DNA from: Vampirovibrionaceae bacterium NZW_1234
Lineage (GTDB): Bacteria; Cyanobacteriota; Vampirovibrionia; Vampirovibrionales; JAGQHJ01
Length of the DNA: 55,088 nt
Assembly: GCA_041697335.1 (NCBI GenBank)
Contig: JBGUGD010000026.1
Coordinates: 1 to 55,088 of the forward strand
Direction of reading: 5' to 3'
The notes under the pieces were generated by a model. The model searched no databases, had not been told where the DNA came from, and worked only from the letters and a program-made list of their open reading frames with translations. Made by a program: the position numbers and the translations under genes. Each line of letters begins with the position of its first letter. Position 1 is the first letter of the stretch. Of this stretch, positions 11,530-20,852 are shown piece after piece.

Positions 11530-11886
11530 TCGTTCTCGTTAAACATCATTCAGTTGTAGCCCTCAGCGTCATGAAAATGACCTGGGGGCTCCTCTATTCA
11601 TGCGGACCTGGAAGTGAAAATCCGGGTTTAGCTGTCGTGTTTTTACCAAAACTGGGTGGGGCAGGAGCGTGTTGCCCAGAGGAACGGAAAAGTTTTCCGT
11701 TCCTTTCCAAAAATCGTGAGAAAAAGGCCATTTTGGAGACCTGCAGCATCTGAAATAATCACCCAGTTAGGCAAATAGAAACAAAATACTATACAAAGTA
11801 AATTGACTGGTTTATAATGGTAAGCGCTGAAATAGAAGCGATGGGTTATGTGAGCGCAAGGTCGCTCAGGACGAGGTGAACAAGCG

Positions 11887-12204
11887 ATGAGTAACATCCA
11901 GGCCCCAAGAGGATTGTCTGTGCCGACGTTTCAGCCGGCCGGATCCAAGGGCGACGGTGCTGGAAACGGCAGCGGCGGGATGTATTTTGGCCAAGAGCCG
12001 GAGCAAGAGCAGCCTCAACCCAGCTACGACCAAGATTTTTACGGCTTTGATGACTTTTTTGATGCCGATGTGCCATACACGCCCCCGGTGGAGCCCCGCT
12101 CTCATGATGCCTTGACGGCGTGGAAGAATGCACTGGCCAAGATATTGTACGAAAACATCAGCAAAACCGACTTTCTGGCAGCCGGAATGGAACACCCCCA
12201 ATAG
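11887..12204 (+). CDS. Hypothetical acidic low-complexity protein (105 aa)
   Basis: GAGGTG RBS before the ATG; same strand as neighbours. Confidence 0.6.
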   Translation: MSNIQAPRGLSVPTFQPAGSKGDGAGNGSGGMYFGQEPEQEQPQPSYDQDFYGFDDFFDADVPYTPPVEPRSHDALTAWKNALAKILYENISKTDFLAAGMEHPQ

Positions 12205-12319
12205 GCTTAGTCGCACACTTCGGGCTCAAAGAACGCGATCTGCATTGGCTTGAACAGTTCCTCTGTTTGGTGGCTGAAATTTTTTCAAATCGCCTCATAC
12301 TGAAAGAAGAAAGTCCCTG

Positions 12320-13000
12320 ATGGAAGGCCGCCTGCAGATGTTGAGAAGATGTGTGCCCTTGGTTCTAATGTTATTCCTCTGCCACGTACCCTTGAGTGGG
12401 GCCGATACCCCGGCCTATGAGCAGGGAGTCAATGCCTATCGAAACGGCGATTATGAAAAAGCCTATCGTCAGTTCAAAGACGTGATTAAAACCACACCTG
12501 AGCGTGTGGAAGCGCACTATTACCTGGGTATTTCTGCGGCACAGCTTGGCCGGTTCAAGGAAGCCCGAGAGGCGTATCAAAATACCATCAAGCTCGCCCC
12601 CAATTCGGAAGCCGGGCAATTAGCCACTGACGGCTTGAGCTACTTGCCCAATCCCGACAGCCTGGATGTGCCGCCCCGAATTTCGGTCAATGGAAATCCC
12701 GCAGCAACCCAGCAGGCTACTCCCCAGCAACCTGTAGCTCAGAACGCAAATCCCTTTGGCAACATGGATCCCCAAGCCTTTCAAATGATGATGATGATGA
12801 ATTCCATGGCAGGCGGTGGCGGTGGTGGTGGCTTTAACCCCATGATGATCCCGATGATGCAGATGATGCAGGGCCAGGCCGCTGGCGGCGCCGATGGGCA
12901 ACAGCGCAATATGATGTCCCCGGAAATCATCAAGAGCATGATGATGAATCAGATGATGCAAAATTTTAGCCCCTTTGGCGGGGGGAACGGGAACAACTAG
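12320..13000 (+). CDS. Exported TPR protein with Met/Gln/Gly-rich low-complexity C-terminus
   Basis: Signal peptide, TPR motifs (AYEQGVNAY..., AHYYLGISAAQLGRFKEAREAY) and a QMMMMMNSMAGGGGGGG tail. Confidence 0.8.
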   Translation: MEGRLQMLRRCVPLVLMLFLCHVPLSGADTPAYEQGVNAYRNGDYEKAYRQFKDVIKTTPERVEAHYYLGISAAQLGRFKEAREAYQNTIKLAPNSEAGQLATDGLSYLPNPDSLDVPPRISVNGNPAATQQATPQQPVAQNANPFGNMDPQAFQMMMMMNSMAGGGGGGGFNPMMIPMMQMMQGQAAGGADGQQRNMMSPEIIKSMMMNQMMQNFSPFGGGNGNN

Positions 13001-13075
13001 CGCACAGTTTCGGCTTGCGGTATCGTTGCAGTAGAATAGCCATCATCAATGGCATGATGTGATTGAGGACTGCGT

Positions 13076-13636
13076 ATGAGACCGGAACGACTGTTGAGCA
13101 TGGCCGAAATTTTGGAAAGGGCCCGTCAAATTAAGCTTTTAGCCATGGATGTGGATGGGGTTCTGACCCGAGGGGACATCATTTATACCGAGTCCGGCGA
13201 GGAACTGAAAATCTTCAACGTCAAAGACGGCCATGGTATCTCGGTCATTCGAGCGGCCGGGTTCGAGGCGGCGCTCATTACCGGGCGAAATTCCCCCATT
13301 ACGTTGCGTCGGGCCGAGGAACTCAAGATTCGCTATGTGTATCAGGGCGTCAAGCGCAAACTCCCAGTGTTGGAGGAACTGGCACGCACCTTGGATCTGT
13401 CATTTGAAGAGATTGTTTATGTAGGCGATGATACCCCGGATATTCCGGTACTCGAGGTCGTCGGCCTGGCGATGTGTCCTTCCGATGCTGTGGAAGAAGT
13501 GAAACGGGTGTGCCATTATACGACGAAATCGCCGGGAGGCGGCGGAGCGGTCCGGGAAGTGACGGATTTGCTGATGCAAGCCAAATTGCCGTCGGCCGAA
13601 CATACTACATTGAGTGAAAAAATTACTCAGACGTAA
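13076..13636 (+). CDS. kdsC: KDO 8-phosphate phosphatase (HAD-IIIA, KdsC/YrbI family)
   Basis: MDVDGVLT, FNVKDG, ITGR, YVGDDTPD and GGGGAVRE motifs. Confidence 0.9.
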   Translation: MRPERLLSMAEILERARQIKLLAMDVDGVLTRGDIIYTESGEELKIFNVKDGHGISVIRAAGFEAALITGRNSPITLRRAEELKIRYVYQGVKRKLPVLEELARTLDLSFEEIVYVGDDTPDIPVLEVVGLAMCPSDAVEEVKRVCHYTTKSPGGGGAVREVTDLLMQAKLPSAEHTTLSEKITQT

Positions 13637-13817
13637 CGTCTGTTGATCCTGAAACATCGCCATCTCTTCAACAACTCCCAATCATCACCACTCCAGCCTT
13701 TTGGGCGGAAGGTGAATTAACACGCCAACCCATTTGATTGTTATTTTATCATAATGATTGATTCAATAAACATGCGCTATTTTTTCATTCCTGACGGTTT
13801 GTGTCAAGCTGGGGCGC

Positions 13818-14897
13818 TTAGAGTTGATCCACAAGCCAATGCAGGTTTTTGATGAGCCTGGGCTTATCCGGATTGTTGCTTAAGGCGTTTAAAGTTAATT
13901 CAATGGATTTTTTCCGGTCTCCAAGGCGGTCGTAACAAATGCTGAGATAGTCGTAGGGGACCCAGGTGTAATCGCTGTCGGAGACAAAGCCGGTATCCGG
14001 TTTCTTCAGTGCCAGGGCTGCCATGAAAAAGGGAATCGCCTGGGTCCATTGCTGCTTGTTGTAGAAGTGGATGCCAATCAGGTTAAAGGCTTCGGCCCGC
14101 TCGCTGTCAAACAGCATGGCCTGGGTACACCAGTACAGAGCTTTCTCTTCGTTGTTGAGGCTAAAGTAACACCGGGCCAGGCTCATCATGGCCGCATGTT
14201 TTTCCCAGCCCACGTTGGAAATACCGATGTATTCCTGATAAATGGGGCAGGCTTCTTCAAAGCGCTGGTGATCCCGCAATTCGTTGGCATAGTAGAACAA
14301 CGTACGAGGGGACCGATCGCCGTCTTTGATGCATTGCTCCAAGATATTGATGTTGCGGTTGACCTTGCCGGCCAACTTGGTTGAAAGAGGCCAGTGCTGA
14401 ATGTTGATGTCACCCCGGACCAGGTTGCGTCCCACGGGTAAGGCGATACATTCGTGAATGCGTCCTTCCCATTTCAGATTGGCAGCCCGGCGCATGATAC
14501 GCTCCCGATGGTAGCTGAAGGTGCACTCGCCTTCCGGGGTAAATTGGATCTGATAGGTCATAAAGACGCCGTCGATGTCGTCATTGAGCTGTGTGGCCTT
14601 TAATTCCCGGATTTTGGCCTGATCGTCTTCGGTGACAATGTCATCGGCATCCAGCCAGATGATCCAATCGCTGGTGGCTTTGGAAAAGGCAAAGTTTCGG
14701 GCGGCCCCGAAATCATCAATCCACTGAAAATAATGGACCTTGGCCCCCATGGCTTCGGCCAATGCCACGGTCTTGTCCGTTGAGCCGGTATCGACCACAA
14801 TCAGTTCATCGCAAAAGCCTTGGGCGCAGGAAAGAATCCGTTCAATGGTTTCTTCCTCGTTTTTCACAATCATGGCAAGGGATAAGGTGGCGACCAT
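13818..14897 (-). CDS. GT2 glycosyltransferase with C-terminal TPR repeats (protein/peptide glycosyltransferase-like)
   Basis: LSLAMIVKNEE, VDTGSTD, DFGAARN, WLDADD (DxD) and GRIHE, followed by TPRs (RTLFYYANEL, RAEAF). Confidence 0.88.
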   Translation of the reverse strand: MVATLSLAMIVKNEEETIERILSCAQGFCDELIVVDTGSTDKTVALAEAMGAKVHYFQWIDDFGAARNFAFSKATSDWIIWLDADDIVTEDDQAKIRELKATQLNDDIDGVFMTYQIQFTPEGECTFSYHRERIMRRAANLKWEGRIHECIALPVGRNLVRGDINIQHWPLSTKLAGKVNRNINILEQCIKDGDRSPRTLFYYANELRDHQRFEEACPIYQEYIGISNVGWEKHAAMMSLARCYFSLNNEEKALYWCTQAMLFDSERAEAFNLIGIHFYNKQQWTQAIPFFMAALALKKPDTGFVSDSDYTWVPYDYLSICYDRLGDRKKSIELTLNALSNNPDKPRLIKNLHWLVDQL

Positions 14898-15028
14898 ACG
14901 CAACTCGAATTCGGCAAAATAACTAATTCTCGTGTAAAAAGGCAGAGCTTCCTAATTCGCATGTCGATGCGTTTCCAAAAGCCTGAAGTCGGGTTCCGGA
15001 AATTCCCCCAGAAAAAGGAGGACGGTTT

Positions 15029-17140
15029 TTATCGCAATTTGTCATGAAGCCTGGGAACGTAGGAGACCACCCGAGTGGACGAGGGTGGTTGCTTGGGCGG
15101 CACACCTGCCGCCAGCTTCGCCTTAACCACTTTCTTGGCGTCCGGCGCTTGAGGCTTGGAGGGTAATAAGCTGTCCGGCTGAGGCGACGGGGCTTTCAGC
15201 GGTTTTTTGGTGTCCGGTGCTTTCACAATGGGCTTGGGCGGTGGGGCCTGGACTTTGGTCTGGGATTTGGCCTCTTGCGATGGGGCTGCCGAGCCGTCAC
15301 GGGAATTATCCTCAAAGCTCCGGCGACCGTCTCCGTTTCGATTGACGGCGCAAATGGTCTTGTCATTACGTTGTTTATAGACCATGGGCAAGAGGTCGGA
15401 GCGCACGCCAAAGTGAACCCGGGCCGTGGGCTGGGCGTTGGGTTCGATGCTGTCACGGTTCAAAAGGCCAAAGCCGACATCGACAAATCCTTGCAGGTAT
15501 TGGGATAACCGGGCCCGCAAGCCGAAGCCGGCACCAAGCAAGGTCGTGCTGGCACTGCCCGAGTTCAGGAAGTTCGTATTCGAGGAATCAATGACCGCAT
15601 GGCCAAAGTCGACAAAGGCGGCCATTTGGAGGCGCTCGGCAAGGGTAGGGGCAATGCGACCCAAAAAGGGCACCGGGAACCGATCTTCAATGGTGAGGTT
15701 AATCCCGCGATCGCCAAGCAGAACGCCTTCGGTATAACCCCGGACACTGTATGCCCCACCGATTTGCATTTGTTCCGCCGTGGGCATGGCATTGGGAGAG
15801 AGCATCCCGTACAGGCGCAACATTAAAATGTTGTTGCGGGGCAAGGTAAACAGCCGGGTGATAAAGAGTTCGTTCTTCCAGAAACTGGTGTTGTCGCCGC
15901 CAAAAACATCCAACCCCAGCGAGGTTTGCAGGCGGGCGAAGGTTTGGCCGTACTTGTCATACTTGTTCAGGTTCAACCCGGCTTGCAGCGAGCGGATATT
16001 ATCGGTGGCATCCGGAGCACCGCTGACTTCCGTGCTAATACGTCGGACGTTGACACCCAAGTCGCCGACCCAGACCCGATCCCGATCGAAGGGGTGCGAA
16101 TAGAGCAAGCCGACACTGTTGGCTCGGCCGGTAATGTTGGGTGAGTTTACGGCATCCAGGTCAACATCGACATGGCTGAAGCCGTAGTTGATGCTCAGTT
16201 CATCGCCATTGCGGTTGACGGGAATGGTGTAGGACCCCAAAAAGATTTGGGTCCCCGAGGCACCCAGATATTTCGCAACAAACCGATCGCCATAGCCGAA
16301 CAAGCTGCCGTTGGTGAGTTCCACGCCGCCCCGGTAGTAGCCGATAAAGGGACGGCCCTGGTTATCAAAAGTAGGTGTAATCTGCCAAGGCTGGCGCTCG
16401 GCCACGTCCACCCGCACGTCTGTTTCTCCGGCCTCTTCGCCGGGCGACAGCGTGGCACGGACACGGTACATATTGTTGAAGCGGTTGGTCCGGTTCAGGT
16501 CTTTTTCCAGTTCCCGAAGATCGAAGGGTTGTCCTGGCTCGGCCTGAATCAGACGGCTGACGGCCGAAGGCCGGTTAAATTTGTTGCCCTGGACACAGAA
16601 TTTACCAACCTTGCCTTCCACCACTTTAATGACGACATTGCCGTTCTGGACATCCTGGGGTGGAATATAGGCCTGGGACGTGGCAAAACCTTTGCGCTGG
16701 TAGAGATCGTTGATCTCCTCGACCACTTTTTGCAGTTCGTCCAGCGTGACATCCTTGTTTTCGTAAGGCCGGATGACCTCGTTAATTTCGTCTTCTTCCA
16801 GCAAATTGGCATTTTCCACCGTCAGCGAGTTCAGGTGGAATTGAGACTGTTCCAGCTGGACGGAGGATTCGGGTTTGGGGACTTCAAAGCGGGTTTCCGG
16901 TGTGTCGTCCTGAAGCGGAATGGTTTTCTCTTTTTGACGCTGTTTGAGAATCTCGTCGGTATTGGCGGGCACCAATAGGCCGGGGTTTGCCTGGTTTTGG
17001 ATGGTCGTGTTCGCTTGTGCCTGGGCTTCTGGGGCGTAGTGTGCCGAGAGGAACACGCTGACCAGGGCCAGGGAAAATGCTAGATGAAAACGATGATTCA
17101 CACTCTTGACTCTCGGAACGTTCACACTCGTAGCTCTCAC
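15029..17140 (-). CDS. ShlB/FhaC/HecB-family (TpsB/Omp85) outer-membrane transporter
   Basis: Signal peptide, POTRA_2 region (LYQRKGFATSQAYIPPQDV...VVEG), the IGGAYSVRGY loop motif and beta-barrel strands, plus an extra C-terminal tail. Confidence 0.9.
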   Translation of the reverse strand: MRATSVNVPRVKSVNHRFHLAFSLALVSVFLSAHYAPEAQAQANTTIQNQANPGLLVPANTDEILKQRQKEKTIPLQDDTPETRFEVPKPESSVQLEQSQFHLNSLTVENANLLEEDEINEVIRPYENKDVTLDELQKVVEEINDLYQRKGFATSQAYIPPQDVQNGNVVIKVVEGKVGKFCVQGNKFNRPSAVSRLIQAEPGQPFDLRELEKDLNRTNRFNNMYRVRATLSPGEEAGETDVRVDVAERQPWQITPTFDNQGRPFIGYYRGGVELTNGSLFGYGDRFVAKYLGASGTQIFLGSYTIPVNRNGDELSINYGFSHVDVDLDAVNSPNITGRANSVGLLYSHPFDRDRVWVGDLGVNVRRISTEVSGAPDATDNIRSLQAGLNLNKYDKYGQTFARLQTSLGLDVFGGDNTSFWKNELFITRLFTLPRNNILMLRLYGMLSPNAMPTAEQMQIGGAYSVRGYTEGVLLGDRGINLTIEDRFPVPFLGRIAPTLAERLQMAAFVDFGHAVIDSSNTNFLNSGSASTTLLGAGFGLRARLSQYLQGFVDVGFGLLNRDSIEPNAQPTARVHFGVRSDLLPMVYKQRNDKTICAVNRNGDGRRSFEDNSRDGSAAPSQEAKSQTKVQAPPPKPIVKAPDTKKPLKAPSPQPDSLLPSKPQAPDAKKVVKAKLAAGVPPKQPPSSTRVVSYVPRLHDKLR

Positions 17141-17457
17141 AGTTATCTATTCTTCAGGCTATCCGTCGTGATTCGGTTTTTCAGGGATTCGAATCGGATG
17201 TGAGGTCTCTATCCTCCGAAACAGATCACTCTGCTTCATACACTAAGCTACCATGGATTTCTGCAATGGGTAAGAGCCTGCCTATACTCCACATGCCGAG
17301 ATCGTTTGATGGGCTGAGCGGCGATCGGCCATCCAGGGACTGAGACGTGAAGGTCATTGTAAATGTTATGGTTGTAGAATGAATCGTAAAAACAGAGGAG
17401 GACAAACTTGATACAATAAACCTCGCAAGTTGTGATATGGAGCGATTGAGGACAGCC

Positions 17458-18009
17458 ATGCACTTAATTCACGATGTGGCGTATCATCCGGGCACTGGGC
17501 AGTACCATATGGTGGTGGAGATTCCGGCAGGGACCAATGAAAAGTGGCAAACCGATCCGAATTCCGGCGAATTGTACTTGCAACACGTCGAGGGTCGGCC
17601 GCGCATCATGAAATTCTTGAGCTATCCCTTTAATTACGGCTTTATGCCTCAGACTCTGTCGCTGGAGGACAAAGGCGGTGACGGCGATCCGTTGGATGTG
17701 GTTCTCATTGCCCCGGCCTTGGCGCGAGGCTCGGTTCAGGCGGTTCGTATCATCGGGGCGTTGAAGCTGGTAGAGCGGGGGCAAGAGGACACCAAGCTTC
17801 TGGCCGTATTGCCCCAGGGCGATTTTTCCGAGATCCATGATGTGGCCGAGATGCTGGTTCAATACCCAAACCTGATCGAGATTATCCGGCTGTGGTTTCT
17901 AGGGTATAAACGGCCCAGCACCTTTACATTTCATGGGTATGCCACCTCGTCCCAGGTCATCCCCATGATTGAAGAGGCCCATCAACACTGGAAAACCACG
18001 CGTCTTTAA
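17458..18009 (+). CDS. ppa: Inorganic pyrophosphatase (family I)
   Basis: VVEIPAGT, YPFNYGFMPQT, DGDPLDVVL and DTKLLAV. Start is 17437 or 17458. Confidence 0.88.
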   Translation: MHLIHDVAYHPGTGQYHMVVEIPAGTNEKWQTDPNSGELYLQHVEGRPRIMKFLSYPFNYGFMPQTLSLEDKGGDGDPLDVVLIAPALARGSVQAVRIIGALKLVERGQEDTKLLAVLPQGDFSEIHDVAEMLVQYPNLIEIIRLWFLGYKRPSTFTFHGYATSSQVIPMIEEAHQHWKTTRL

Positions 18010-18090
18010 CGGGTTCTTTACACCCCGGGGCTTCCGGCTGGTGTCTGAAGCGTGTTTGATTTACGCTGATTGTCGTAGTTTGTTGAGTGT

Positions 18091-19086
18091 TTGGGTTCCG
18101 TTGTGATTCGCATTACACAGGCGTCATTTCCACGGCATCGCTTCCCGGCGGGAGCCACATCCGTTCGGCCTTCCCTGGCCACGCAGCCCAAGCCTGCCGA
18201 TCGTCTTGAACGGCGCTTTGGCTCGTCGATAGAGGATGTGGATGCCAAAGCCTATCTGGATCATGGCAATCAGGCGTTTTTTAAGGGGCAGCCCGGCACG
18301 GCGTATACCTACATGATGAAAGCCCACAAGACAGTTTCAGAGCAGAATGTCCCGTTGCGCATTACGATACTTAATTGCCTGGGCTCCCTCTGCGGGCATA
18401 TGGATCGCCTGGGTGAAGGGGTCATAAAGCTTCTGGATGCGCTGACCCTTCATGTGGAGAATCCCACGGTTATGAAGCCGCAAGACAAGGTGGAAACCCT
18501 GAACCGTTTGGGGTGGTTGTTCTTGCGGGCGGGAAACTGCAATCCTCGTGCGGAGAAACACCTGGCGGAAGCCCATGCGATTTTAAACCAACATGGCTAT
18601 GAACAGGGCTATAAAGAGGGTGAGTCGCATCCCTACTGGGGCGAGGTCAATCATGGCTTAGGCAAGGTTCACATGGCGGCCGGTAAGCATTTGGAGGCCA
18701 TTGGCTTTTTGGAAGAAGCCCTGTCGGAAGCCCGGATTCATGACGAAGGTACCGGGACCGATTTGCTGAGTTTGCACGGGGAGTTGGCCAAAGCTTTTTT
18801 CCATGTCAGTAAATCCGAGCCAAATCCGAAGGACGCGGCCATGAAGATGGCCATCTCCGTGCGGCATATGCAGAAGGCCATTGCCCATGGGCGTGAGGAT
18901 GCCCTACGCAACCCCCAAAGTGTGTTCTACCGTAAAATTTACGAAGACCTGAAAGATCTTTGTGATCTTCAAGACCCGGAAAACAACCCGAAAGTTGACC
19001 AAAACCGCCAGGACATCACAGCCCTGTTGTTGGATATGGACATTGCCGCCAACACCGAACCCGAGTCTCCGGGGGAAGAGCCCTAG
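18091..19086 (+). CDS. TPR-like helical repeat protein of unknown function, with N-terminal ...RRFG leader
   Basis: TPR-like segments (ILNCLGSL, TLNRLGWLF, HGLGKVHMAAG..EAIGFLEEAL); start codon uncertain (18091/18103). Confidence 0.7.
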   Translation: MGSVVIRITQASFPRHRFPAGATSVRPSLATQPKPADRLERRFGSSIEDVDAKAYLDHGNQAFFKGQPGTAYTYMMKAHKTVSEQNVPLRITILNCLGSLCGHMDRLGEGVIKLLDALTLHVENPTVMKPQDKVETLNRLGWLFLRAGNCNPRAEKHLAEAHAILNQHGYEQGYKEGESHPYWGEVNHGLGKVHMAAGKHLEAIGFLEEALSEARIHDEGTGTDLLSLHGELAKAFFHVSKSEPNPKDAAMKMAISVRHMQKAIAHGREDALRNPQSVFYRKIYEDLKDLCDLQDPENNPKVDQNRQDITALLLDMDIAANTEPESPGEEP

Positions 19087-19095
19087 CCTGACGTG

Positions 19096-19124
19096 CTCCG
19101 TACGCGCAATTTGCGCGTACGGAG
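19096..19124. repeat. Perfect 14-bp inverted repeat between convergent genes (possible bidirectional terminator)
   Basis: CTCCGTACGCGCAA-T-TTGCGCGTACGGAG. Confidence 0.7.
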
Positions 19125-19171
19125 AAAGCTCCGATTAAAGCGCTTGGGGCAGGTGCGTCATTGCCCTTGAG

Positions 19172-20833
19172 CTAGCATTGAATGTTTTGCTGCATCAAGC
19201 GAAGCAGGGGACCGGTATCGGTGGGGTCGTTGTAGGCCAGGCGGTTGGAAAGATCCTGCTGGGTCAGGTTCCCGTCCTGCCAGAGTTGTTTTAGAAAAGT
19301 GCCTGCCTCTGGATTGTTGTACCAGTCCTCGCCTTGGATGTCCGGCGAGCCGAAATGGTTCTGGAGGTATTCTCGGAGTTGGGCTTCCAGGGCCCAGGCC
19401 GTAAAGTAATCGGCCACGTAGAACCCGTGATCCACATCCCGGCTCCAGCCATCAGGATCATAACGAAACCCGGTCCCTTCGGTCAGAAGCTCGGCATAGA
19501 CGTCAGGCTTGCTATCAAGCGGGGTGCCGTCAAAGAGCCTCAGTTCAAACTGCATTTTGCAGGCATACCGGCGCAGCATATACAAATCGTTCAAGGCGCT
19601 GCGGCGGATGGCCTGGCGGGCATCGGCATCCGGCAGCCCGGCCGCATTGACCAACCAATGGTGGTTCAGAAACAGGTTCTGAAAGAGGTAGGCGTAGGAC
19701 TCGGTGACGGAGTTATTGCCCATCAGGGCCAGCGGATAGCTAAGGCCCTTTTTCACATAGGCAAAGTGCAGGGCATGGCCGGACTCATGGAAGAAGGCCG
19801 AATAATCATCCAGGCCGCCTTCCGGTTTAACGGACAGGTAAATCTCGCCCGGGGCCTGGGCGGGGTACACATAGGCCCGGGAGCGTTTGCCTTCACGCTT
19901 GGCGATGTCCAGTAAAATGCGGGAAGGTCGCTGGGTATCGTTCACCGTGCGGGTGTAGGTATCCTTGTCTGGGAAATCCACGGTGTCCGAGATCTGGCTA
20001 AAGTTCAGGCCCAGGCGATCAAAGGTCTGTTGTGCCAGAGGCACCAGCTTTTCTTCCGGGAAACAGGCATCGATGTGGGCCATCTCGTCGGATTTGCCGT
20101 GAAACACGTAGGAAATATCGGCACGGGTCGCCTGATCAAAGCTCAACCCGGTGCGTCGCTGGTAAAAGTCCGCCATTAAAGGCAGGTAGGTCTCCTGGGT
20201 GTCGTTGACCAACTGTCGGGCCTTGTCCCCCAGCTTTAAGAGGTTATGCCCGCTGGCCTGGCTGTAAAAGGCCACCACATCCGGGTAACCCAGATCGGCC
20301 AGCAATTGGTTTTCCTGATGGAACAAGTCGATAAACCGCGGGGTGACGGTTTGGGTATAGATTGCAGAAACCCGCTTGTAGAGTTCTTCGCGGGTGGCCT
20401 TATCTTCGATGCGCTTGAACAGTTCCGGTGTATCTTCGTACAACACCGAGGTCATAGGTTGGCCATCCTTGTCGGTAATATCCAGACCCGCTACATCAAT
20501 GGTCAACGAGTCTTTCATATTCGTCAGCTCATCGGAGGCCTTGGCCAGGGTATTGCCGACATAGGTCCCCAGGGTTTCAACGAAAAGCCGTTTGACCTCT
20601 TCGTCATTGGGGTGGGCATCATAAATGGGCTTGATACGTTTAAAGGTTTCGACATCCTGCAAGAGCGGGTATTTGGAATAAATATCTGCCGAATTGTAGG
20701 TTTTTTCTAGGCGTGCCGTGGCAAACAGGTAGTAAGAACGGGCAAATTCCATGTTGGCTTGTTCAAAAGCGTTCTTTAGCGACGACACAAAGGCCTGCTC
20801 CGTTTCAGACAGGGTCAGCGATACCGGATTCAT
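19172..20833 (-). CDS. Gluzincin metallopeptidase, M3-like
   Basis: FFHESGHALH (HExxH), third ligand in VTESYAYLFQ and downstream FYVADYFTAW; GGAGG RBS. Confidence 0.75.
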   Translation of the reverse strand: MNPVSLTLSETEQAFVSSLKNAFEQANMEFARSYYLFATARLEKTYNSADIYSKYPLLQDVETFKRIKPIYDAHPNDEEVKRLFVETLGTYVGNTLAKASDELTNMKDSLTIDVAGLDITDKDGQPMTSVLYEDTPELFKRIEDKATREELYKRVSAIYTQTVTPRFIDLFHQENQLLADLGYPDVVAFYSQASGHNLLKLGDKARQLVNDTQETYLPLMADFYQRRTGLSFDQATRADISYVFHGKSDEMAHIDACFPEEKLVPLAQQTFDRLGLNFSQISDTVDFPDKDTYTRTVNDTQRPSRILLDIAKREGKRSRAYVYPAQAPGEIYLSVKPEGGLDDYSAFFHESGHALHFAYVKKGLSYPLALMGNNSVTESYAYLFQNLFLNHHWLVNAAGLPDADARQAIRRSALNDLYMLRRYACKMQFELRLFDGTPLDSKPDVYAELLTEGTGFRYDPDGWSRDVDHGFYVADYFTAWALEAQLREYLQNHFGSPDIQGEDWYNNPEAGTFLKQLWQDGNLTQQDLSNRLAYNDPTDTGPLLRLMQQNIQC

Positions 20834-20852
20834 GAGGAACCCTCCTTTTCAG

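Noticed and set aside
13735..13770. Fur-box-like AT-rich sequence
   Set aside because: Only a partial match, and it lies between convergent gene ends.
16172..16978. Long antisense ORFs (also 26353..27162, 34757..35689, 36197..37108, 42776..43573)
   Set aside because: They fully overlap well-supported genes on the opposite strand; typical codon-bias shadows.
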